Positions 39,370 through 49,980 of a DNA stretch of 64,000 nucleotides are shown here, one piece after another. Under the pieces are notes generated by a model that was not told the DNA's origin, searched no databases, and worked only from the letters and a program-made list of their open reading frames with translations. Positions within the stretch are counted from its first letter, which is position 1, and every line of letters starts with the position of its first letter. Source of the stretch: Camelus dromedarius (taxonomy: Eukaryota); NCBI RefSeq assembly GCF_036321535.1, contig NC_087447.1, positions 35,342,001 through 35,406,000 on the forward strand. The letters run 5' to 3'. The position numbers and the translations under genes were made by a program.

Positions 39370-42300
39370 TGCTTCCTAGTGAAGTATATTCAGAGAATCA
39401 ACCAGGTACTCTTACTGGGAAGCACCCAGTTTATATTATTTGAGTTGCTGAAAGTGGAATTTGTAATAAATTTTAAGAAAATATCAGTTATGAATTTAAG
39501 AGCCAGCTTATTAAACCTCTCTTCTGGTTCAGCCTTTTCCCAATTTATTACAGAATCTTTTAGGCTTTAAAGCATTGGTCTTGCCTCACACTTTGTATTC
39601 TTTCCTTGAGTGACTTCTGCTGATAAAACAGAGGGATACCTGCAGAATAGGAAATGGTGTTCAACAGTTCATGTAAGAGATACAGAATTTCCAGTTTGGG
39701 GGTAGTTTTATTGTTGAAAGTGTCCCTGCTGAAAAGAATTGAATTATAAAATTAAAATCTTACAGATTAAACTCTTAGTTGGTGAATTTACTTTATGTAT
39801 ATTTGTATGTCCTCTGGTTGAATGTGACTTTAATGTGAGCTTTCAAAGGCACTGCTTAAATCACTCCTACTTGCTAGCCAGTGCTAAAAATTCCACTCTT
39901 GTTACCTCTTGAAGTTTAAGATGCAGATAACCCCATAGGAGTAATACTCCAAGTTATTGTCATGTTTACCTCAGTGCATAAATTCTCATTCTGTCTTCCT
40001 GAGAACACATTTTAAAGGGGGTCTGGGGGGACAAGGACCTTGAGTATCTGAGGGAGAGTGCCACTCAGAAAGGGTAAGTTACAAGGGGAGAAAAAGGATA
40101 CATCTTGGGGAGGCTAGGGTTTTTCATGTTATTTTTGCTTCCCATTTCTGTCTTGAACTTGCCTTATTTACTTGTTACTTGCTATTGTAGCATTATGAGG
40201 AGGTTCATATTTTCATAGTAATTTGATACATTTAAAAACTTCCTAAACTATGAATTATAATAAATAATTTTTAAAAACATGAGTGATGTTAAAATTTTTT
40301 CAGTGTACACAGTTTGAAGAATTCACCAAAAAAATTTTAGGGCTTGCATCAGTTACAGTGATATTTTGAAATGGTGCTTCTCCAGAAGCATAAATAATGA
40401 AATTCGGAATTTTATGTACAAATGAAATTGAAACTCACTCTCTCCCCCCATACATTTTTGCAGAGGAGGGAAGGAATTACAAGAGAAACTTGAGTTAGCA
40501 ATTGTTAAATATGTCATTCTATTTCTAATTAAATTTGAGTTTGATTTTTGCGGTATTTAAACCACTTAAGACTGACACAGAAGACATGTTCTCTCTCTGC
40601 CTTTTTAATTTTTTTTCAAAGATATTTTATTCCTTGCAGCTAATGGGATATAGCTAAATTGTTTTCTTGGCTGATCCAGCTTTCTAGATCAAAAGACTTT
40701 TTCCACTCTACCCTGAACATTTCCCTTACCTTAGCTTTGAATCGGTTACTCTGAATAACTTTGGCATGTAAGTGGAAAAAAGGTTGAAAGCCATCTCTCA
40801 GCATATGTGGAAACCAACCATAAACATGAAGAAGCAACCTCTATTTAGGGTTCAGAAAATCTTAAGTGCATAAACTGTTGAACACCATCTTCTATTCTGC
40901 AGAACTGGGCTGTGGTGATGCTGGGTCTGAGAGTTAACTATGAATTTGAGTAAATAGAAGAAAAGGAGTATTGGGGTTATACGTTAACTTGCCTGTTTTA
41001 GCTAGTATGTAAAGAAAACTCATCAGTAGCATATTTTCTAAAGAAATAGGTCCATATTAATTTAGATCTGATCTCTGTATTCTCCTTGAGCGTATATTCT
41101 TGTTTTACCACTCTGCAACTCCAGTCTCTTCTCTGCTCCTGGCAGGCGTTTTAAGATAGAGAAAATAGGTAAACACCCCTCTTGAGTTAGTCCATATCAT
41201 TTTTATTGCCAGTGTGTGGTTTAATCCAATAACCATTATTAGAAGTTACATATTTATAGTGAAGTGGTATGATGTCTTGAATTTACTTCATAATAGTCTG
41301 GATGGAGGGGAAGGAAGTGAGTTAAGGGAGTAGATAAAACAAGATTGGCCATGAATTGGAGTTACTGAGGATGGGTGATGATAACGGGATTTGTTATACT
41401 ATTCTATTTTTGTATATGTTTGAGGTTTCCTATTAATGTTTTTAAAAGCAAGCAAATGATACCTAAAAATTTAAACTTGAGTTTAATTGTGAATGATGCT
41501 TATTTCTTTTATGTCTAAATAAAACTAGAACTGTTGTATTAGCATTAAATACTATTGAATGCAGCACAGTTGAAACCAACACAAATACTTGATAGAAAAG
41601 ATTATCATTGGTATATAACCAATTACATAAAAATTATTATTTTCACTGTTTTTACTGACTCAACAATGAGACTTTTGCATGAGGAATGTGAGTGACTGCT
41701 AACCAGTTAGGAACTGATGTCATAAATGTCTTAGCACCATAGTGGGATACTTTTACTAACGATAGTTTTTTTAAGTGATCTTTAATAATGTATTTTGTTG
41801 TTAGAGGAGACTAAGGAAGAAAAGCAGAATCATGGAATTTTAGGGATGGACAGATTATTAGACATTACCTATGTCCAGTGGGTTATTCACTGGGCTAGTC
41901 AGATCTGCCAGAGACTGGGCCACTGTAGTCCTGAGGGCCAGGCCAGGCCAGACCTAAAGCAGCTACCCAAGAAATCAGATAAGACTGGAAACAAGAGAAG
42001 AACCTTGTGATGGATGCGTCCAGCCTTCTACTCTCACCTCATGGTTTTTGCTCACCAGCCTCACTGCTCTGTATCTCTGTATAGAATTCAGTGTCTGCAT
42101 TTCTAAAATATGATGTACCTTAGGTTAATATGCATGAAGTCAAATTTGCATAAATCTAATTTTGTTAACTCAGGGAACATCTGTAATACAAGAGCTGAAG
42201 AGCCTCCATGGATTTCTACTTAGTTTTCAGAACCAAAGGTTTTGGAATATTAGGCTTCTCCTTATACCATGGTTACTGTGCCCATGTGACTGCCCTTTTT

Positions 42301-45300
42301 TAACAGCTGTATTTTCCTTGGAAGTCTGTGCCTCCAAGGGTTAATTTAGCAGCATCATGGAGAAGGCTATTCTCATTTTGCTCTAACTTTCCATGCCTCA
42401 GGGCTGTGGCATGAAATGAATTTCTGGGAAAGTGTTGTGCCACACTGAAACCAAACCTGGAAGGGAGAGAATCTGTACGTCAGGTAGTTGTGGGTCACTG
42501 ACCAGCCTGTGGATTGGTACCCCTGGTACAGTCAACTGAAGTTGAAGTTTAAATGAGTATGATACAGAATTTGAGGATCCAGAATGGTGTAGTAGACACC
42601 AGACTTACATGCTTGGTGGAAATGTCTACCATTTATTAAGGGTTTACTGTGTGCCAGGCACTCTATGAAGATCTTTACATACATTTTGTTATTTAACTTT
42701 GCAATGATCTCAAAAGGTAATTGTTACCATTTTACAGATAGGAAAATGAAGATTCAGAGTGGTTAAGTAACTTCGGCAAAGTTATATAGACAGTAAGTAG
42801 CTGACCCGGTTTGAATCCAGGCCTGCCTGACCCTAAAGCATGTTCTTTTAACCACTATTTTATACTTGCATCCTGTAGGTAGACATGGACCAGATCATGA
42901 ATCATCAGATATATCCTATGGGATAGACACCTGGGAAATCTGCTTATCTATGCCCCTTTCTCTGAGAATTGTCCCTGACCTACCTATATTCCTCTAGTTA
43001 CAGTGTCTGGTTCATTCCTGATCCAAGCTGGGAAAATTTCATTGGTTCAAGAGCATTGGACTCTAAAGATCATGTAACTGAGGACCCTATTTGGGGGCAG
43101 CCAGTCATGTTTATTGTCTACAGTGTACCAGGTATTGTTCTAAATATAAATACTAGGAAGACAGCAGACGAAACAGACAGAACCTGTGTACTGGAAATAT
43201 TGTAGTGGACAAAGACACGAATCTTGCCAAATGGAGCTTGCATTCTAGAGTCTTATGTAAGAGTAACAGGAAGAAGCTGGTCTGCATAGAGGGGCAGAAG
43301 AGGACATGCAGTCTGTAGCAGATTAGGTCATTGTTCTCAATTGTCCACCTCAGTGTACCCATTCTTTTGCTGTGGCTTCTTGGTGGATGGAGTGTACTTC
43401 CCTGTCCTTTGATTTTGAGCTTGCTTTGGGCAATGAATGTTAATGAAGCTAATGTAAGCAGAGTTTCTCAATATACCATTCTTTTTCAAGGCTGAATGAG
43501 TATTTCATTGTATGTATATGCCACATTTTCTTCATTTGTCAGGGGACACTGAGGTTGCTTCCATGTCTTGGCTTTGTGAGTAATGCTGCAACGAACATGA
43601 GAGTGTCGATATCTCTTGAAGTCCTGATTTCGATTCCTTTGGTTATATACCTAAAAATGAGATTGCTGGAGCATAAGTAACTCAGCTAAGGGACAGTTAG
43701 TTCATTCTCCTCAACTGTTTTCTCCTAAAATAATGATTTGTATCCATCTCTCTCAGGAGAAGATTGATCTGGAGCACACTAGTCCTGATTGACTTTCCCC
43801 AGTATTACTGAGATACCACTTTCTGTTTGCAAACAGTGTAAACTTCCCATTTGTGCAGCTTTCTGACTAGGTATGACTACGTTTTATTTTTAATTTTTTG
43901 AGGAACCTGCATACTATTTTCCATAGTGGCTGCACCAATTTATATTCTGACCAACAGTGTATAAGGGTTCCCATTTCTCCACATCTTCACTAATACTTGT
44001 TATCTTTTGTTACCAACACTTGTGTGTGTGTGTGTGTATGTATATGTGTGTGTGTGTATATATATATTAATACATATATTATAAAATAACCATCCTAACT
44101 GATATGATTTCTCATTTTGGTTTTGATTTGTATTTTCCTGATAATTAGTGATGTTGAACACTTTTTCATATACCTGTGGGCCATTTGTATGTCTTCTTTG
44201 GAGAAATGTCTTTTCAATTCCTTTGCCTAATTTAATCAGGTTATTTGTGGGGGTTTTTGCTATTGAGTTGCAGGAGTTCCCTATGTATTTGGATATTAAT
44301 GCTTTATCAGATATATGGTTTGGAAATATTCTTTCCAGTTTCATAGGGCCCCTTTCATTTTGTTGATTGTTTCCTTTGCTGTGTGGAAGATTTTTTAGTT
44401 TGATGTCGTCCCATGTGTCTTTTTTTGTCTGTGTTCTTGGTGTCATATCCAAGGAATGATCGCCAAGACCACTGTCAAGAAGCTTTCCTCTATGTTTTCT
44501 TCTGAGTTTTTATGGTCTAGGTTTTACATTTATGTTTTTATCCATTTTGAATCAATTTTTGTGTATTGTGTAAGATAAAGGTTCATTTTCATTCTTCTAT
44601 ATGTGCATATCCAGTTTTCTTTGACACCACGTATTGAAGAGACTATCCTTCCTCCATGGTGTTTTCCTGGCACCTTTGGCAAAGATTGGTTGTATATGTG
44701 TGGGTTTATTTCTGGGCTTTCTATTCTATTCCATGGTCTGTATGTCTGTTTTAAAACAATCCCACTTGAATAGCATCAAAAAGAATACAATACTTAGGAA
44801 TAAGCCTAACCAAGGAGGTGAAAGACTTGTACACTAAAAACTTATAAAACACTGACAAAAGAAATTAAGGCAGACACAAATGGAAGGACATCCATGACCA
44901 TGAACTATAATAATTAATATTGTTAAATTGGCCATACTACCCAAAGTAATCTACAGATTCAATGCAATCCCAATCAAAATCCCAATGATACTTTTTACAG
45001 AAGTAGAAAAAATATTCTAAAATTTATATGGAACCATAAAAGACTCCAAATAGCCAAAGCAATTTTGAGCAAAAAGAACAAAGCTGGAGGGAGGCATCAC
45101 ACTTTATGATTTCAAAATATTTTAGAAAGCTTTTTAGGTTTTCTTGAATGAGATCTGGAAAGTCTCAAAGCTCTCAAAATTCTACAACCACATTTGTTTT
45201 TCACTAGAGATAAATTAGGTGAAGATATACCATAGTTGATACTTCATTGCAAATATGATTTGTATTAGAACATCAAGAGCTCTTTAACTGCAGTCTTATT

Positions 45301-48300
45301 GAAAGCCTCTTGCTGCCTCTAAATACTTTCTTTATGAAATGGTTTTAAATTAACTTTGAAACACCAGCTTCCTATGTTCCACTGCTAAGGCTACAGCATA
45401 TATTTATGAAAACATTTCTGCTCACTAGGACGCCTAGTTAATTACATACTGAGCTTGTATCAATATTGGGCTTGTTGACCTGCAGGCTGTTTAGAAGTTG
45501 AAGCCTTACGAGACCATCTGCCAGTCCCTGACATTGGAAATGCTTTTCTCTATTACTGTAATGAAATCACTAAGTTCATTTCCTGTTTCCAGTCCTTATT
45601 CAGATCTTCTATCTATTGTCAATAAGAGGATATTAAAATACTCAGGAAAGTCCACATATCCTTTTCATCCTGATCCACGGTATAGCAAGTGGCTTTGTGT
45701 TTTAGTGTTGGAAATAATAAAGAATGACGTCAAGTCTATTGTAATAAAAGAAGGCTGCTTATTAAGCCCTTTCTTTAACTGCTTTCCCTTTGACATCATG
45801 GGATCTGTTTATAATTACTTTTATGGGTTTTCCCCTTACCATTCAGGATTTATATGATTACATGAGAAATTGAAATGTTTTGGGGAACAGTTCCTTCATA
45901 GAACTGACAATTTCCTGCTCGGTCAGGTCCATTTTGCATGCAGACTCCAACAATGAGATAGTGGGAAGAAAGGACAAGGAACCTTTGTATATTCTAGAGG
46001 AGTTTAACTTCCTGGAGTACGGGCTTGCTTCCAGGAAGGAGTGTGTTGAAAGCAAGGTGGGTGGGTTGGTGGGGAATGTCTATTTATCACAATCTATAGT
46101 TCAAGAAAATGCATATATGTGGCTTTATTATAAGTCACTCAATCAATGTAGGATCATGTAGTTTTGTTTTGAATGATTCCTACTGACCCCATATCATCTC
46201 TGAAAATTCCCTCTTTCTTTGGGACCGTTTTTGGGAAGGCTGGTGGCTTTGTAAACCTACGAGTGTGCTTTTTTCAAAATGCAACTGGTGGACTTTTGCT
46301 ACCTGTACCCAAGAACAGGCATTCACTTGGCCAGTCAGCAAGCACTTCTCCTGGAGCAAACTTACGTCCTTTAACTTTCCCATCACAGAGAAGTCTATAC
46401 TCTGTCACCATTGGTAGAAAAAAATAAATCTGCTGATGTTGTGGACTCTGGAACAAAGTCCCTAAATTGAATTCTCTAATTTCTTTTTAGGTTTGTTTTA
46501 GTTTTGGACAAACCAGGTAACGGTCCTTGTTTGTCTTTAACTTATAGAAGTTATTTTAGTTTTTATAATTATATTACTCAATATTTAAAGCAATTTGGAG
46601 ACTTCTTACTCCAAATGCACCCCCTTTGCTTGTTGCCCATATGAAGTGGTATGTGAATGATCTTCCAAATTTCACATTTTCGGATGAAACTTGACTGATC
46701 TGAAAATCTTAGTAGATTGTTCTCTTTCATCCTATTTGGACATGTTTTAATGTGGGTTGACTCTTTCTTTAGAGCCGTTGCAGGGAAACACACAAGTTTC
46801 CAGAACAACTCACAAACACTCAAAGATTATTTTATCTTTTTGGAGGTTGCCACAGGTTGTGCCCTGAGCACTTATAGCCCCAAAGGAAACCAGGAGGATC
46901 ATGCTGCAGAAGCCCTTTGGAGGAACGTGCCAACTGCTCCGTAACCATCAGTTGGCTGTCCTTTGATGGAGAGATTAATAGTTTTCATAATCATATCATC
47001 CTGGTTGCTCTGTACCCAGAGTTTACTGAGACTTAACAGAAATGGAAATTAATTGAAAAAGAAAAAAAAATTCTTCCTCTCTTGTCTCCCCTTCAACCCT
47101 CTCATCTGGAAAAGTGATGAGAAAGATATTCAAGCGTTTGTTGCCAGTAGGAGCTGAGATATTTATTTTCTTTTGCAAATCTGGATATAAAGAACCAGAA
47201 GAAAGCAATTTGACAGTGGAGAGGAGGTAGGTACGGGAAGAAGGTTTAATGCCGAAATAATTCCAAACAGAACAAAAACTCTGGGCACTGGACCCAAGAT
47301 ACACTTGGAGGGTTGTCCTGTGAAGCTGTGGGCACTGCTCCTGAAAATAGGTGCAGAGGGAGCAGAAAAGGGGTTTTGTAGCTGATGTGATTGTCATCTG
47401 ATGGATTGGTCTAGTGATTTTTATCTGTGTCTGCTTCTACCACAGAGGAGCTGCCATAAGTTTATTTGCCACATCCTGGAGTTTGGGAAATACTTGTTTT
47501 TGGTTAAAATCTATTCTTTCTTTTCTGGCTCTGAAATTTGAGTTCAATTCTTTTTAGCCCCTACCATCACTCTTGACCAGTTCTCTCACCCTATACTCTA
47601 GTGCTGATTTCTGTAACATTGCTGTTGAAACTTGGAGGATTTCAGTGGGCAGGGATTTGGTCTTCTGTGGGAGAAAAAAAAAATTCATAGAACACAGGTA
47701 TCTTGTCATATCTTCAATCAGGGATAAACTTCCAGTGTGATCAGTAAGTGCTTTGTTGGCATTTACTGAACCAGTAAGAGAAAAACTGAATTGTAGATAA
47801 ACATGTCTCATTCATTCATACTGTGGTATGTTATAATGTGTTGAACTTGCCATGTGTTAAGCACTGCTCAGTTAGTGGGATTAAGAAGTTGACAATTTAA
47901 GACAGGAGGAAAACAGAGCTAGTTAATAGCCATTTATTCCATTAATTTCTGAAAGGGTCCATCTCACCCCTGAAATGATGTACTTTCACTTCTCCAAGTT
48001 ACATGCTGCTCAGAGATTTGGGGCTCTCTTGAGGCTAACCTAACTGTAAGAGATATATAGGTCCCTTTGTGGATAGATAGTCCCTGCAGTTAATTGCAGG
48101 CCCAACAGCAATCTCCCTTCCACTGTTGCCCATCCTCCATGATAACTAAGGACAGCAGCTAAATCTTTTCCCCTACTCTTCTTATGGGATCTCACAAGGA
48201 AATCACCTCCAGCCTAAAGCTTGGTCATATCCTCTTCCAAGACCATTGTGTTGATTGGGTTTCATGATCAGCACATAGTTTATGACTTCATAGCATTTCC

Positions 48301-49560
48301 AGTGCAAGGCTTCTGCAATGACACACTGGTCTTTTTCTGTGTCCATGGAGTTCTTTATCTTACCACCCTCCCCCACCTTTCCTGGAGGAGTTGCCTGGTG
48401 ATGCTTATGAGGCTGATTTAAAGCTCTACAAGATTTATTCAATGATTTTATTATAGAGGCAAACAATAACTATAACTGCTATACACGTGGGCCAGTTGAC
48501 AGACAGGACAGCCACGTGGGGATCTTCCCCTTCTTTGCCTTTAGCCAGGTGCACACCTGGGATTGTATCTCCATGACTCTAAATGGGGCAACCACAACCA
48601 CAGTCTGAAGAGGGAGGAATGGAGTGGCTTGCTTTGCAGGAGCTGATGAGAGGCTCTCAGTGGTATTTTGAAGTGGCTCTGAACTTGCTAAGTGGCCCTG
48701 TGATCTGTATTAACCCATATCATCCTGAGTTCTCTGAGGCTTCGTTACCCAGGGCATGCTTTATAGTGAGTCCTCTTGGTTCTTTCTGCATATCAGACAC
48801 CTACTTAGCAGGTCAGATCCAGCTTATTTATGCATCTGATTATCAGTGGCTTTGTTGCCCTCTGAGGAAAAAGTTATGTAACACATAAGCCAGAGCCCGC
48901 AGTGATGACTAAAAGCAGATTAAGGGCATGGCTGCTGCTTTCTCTGTAGGGGAACACTGGTCTTTTTTTGATAAATTTGTGCCAGAATAGAGCCTGTAAA
49001 GAAAGTCTTCTAATATCTGGAACCTGAGAAAAAGTGCCCCCAACTAACCTCTTCCGGAGTAGGGTAAGGGGTATTAATGCCATGTAAATAGGATTTTCCT
49101 ATCTTTCCTTTCTGACCATGTGGAACTCCAGGAGTTGCGTTCTTTGTCTGAATGGTATAGCTTCCTCTCCTGACTCTTTCAAATGGTCACATTTAGAGTC
49201 TTTCAGAATCTTCCTGATTGCTGTGAAAGCTTGATCACACTACCTTGGACTCATTTGGAGAAACAAAGGAGAAGCAACGTTAATCATCAAGTTGGCTCAT
49301 TTTCCCTGATGTAGACTCAGTAATACCCTTTCATAAAAGCTTCAGAGATCATTAATTAGACAAATGGTACTGGCTTCATTTTCTGCAGCCCCAACAAATA
49401 CTGTTTGACTTGTAGGAGGAATGACTAGTTGCATTGAATGAGAGGGGTGATAATGTCTCTTTAAACAATACAAAGCAAACATTAAGACAGCAGATACTGG
49501 TGGAAACCAAGTGTGCCTGGGGAATGGGGCCTATTTCTCCAAGAGCAGTTTTTTTCATGC
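39370..49560 (+). pseudogene. Decayed multi-exon protein-coding gene of unknown identity (putative unitary pseudogene)
   Basis: Chain of AG...GT-bounded blocks with mostly linking phases and protein-like translation but with stops and frameshifts. Best blocks: 39370-39405, 39554-39672, 40640-40767, 41146-41168, 42998-43073, 45593-45679, 45891-46056, 46279-46413, 46491-46516, 46773-46940, 47115-47226, 48640-48765, 48950-49063. Confidence 0.65.
43465..45130. mobile_element. LINE-1 with internal inversion (twin-priming structure) and a 201-bp interruption
   Basis: Antisense ORF2 3' part 43465-44750 (minus ORF 44000-44452 is L1-like) joined to a sense ORF2 piece 44752-45130 (aatacttaggaataagcctaaccaagg...ggcatcacactttatgatttcaaa). 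Confidence 0.85.
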
Positions 49561-49877
49561 TGTAAGATAGTCTCTCTCATTCAAAATATATGAATAGCCA
49601 GTACTTGTTAATGATTCAAAACTCTCTGTATTTCCATAGTGGCATTTTCTCCTATTGTTTGCTTTATTACCTTGAGCAGGAATGCTGTATGGAACAACTC
49701 CAGGGAGAACCATTTACATTGTCTTTTATGTAAATTATGTTCCCTAGACTTAGAATGTCTTGGCTGTTCCAGATGGTATTGAGTGCTTTCATAATTATCC
49801 CTTAATAATGGACTAGGAGGTTTCCATATGACTCAGAACCCGAAGTCAAAAAGTCTAGAAACCTAAAGAACCTAAAA

Positions 49878-49980
49878 GGAAGGACGGAAGGTAGGAAGGA
49901 AGGAAGGAAGGTGGGAAAGAAGGAAGGAAGGGAGGAAGGAAGGGAGGAAAGAAGGAAGGAAGGAAGGGAGGAAGGAAGGA
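49878..49980. repeat. (GGAA)n-type polypurine repeat
   Basis: ggaaggacggaaggtaggaaggaaggaagg... read directly. Confidence 0.9.

Noticed and set aside
39370..39405. VYSENQP as a cadherin-repeat motif
   Set aside because: Neighbouring blocks lack DRE, DxNDN and AxDxG motifs
46491..46800. CFSFGQTRAVAGKHT resembles the kinesin P-loop (FAYGQTGAGKT)
   Set aside because: Spacing is wrong for GxxxxGKT and no other kinesin motifs (SSRSH, DLAGSE) are seen; likely coincidence unless a profile search says otherwise
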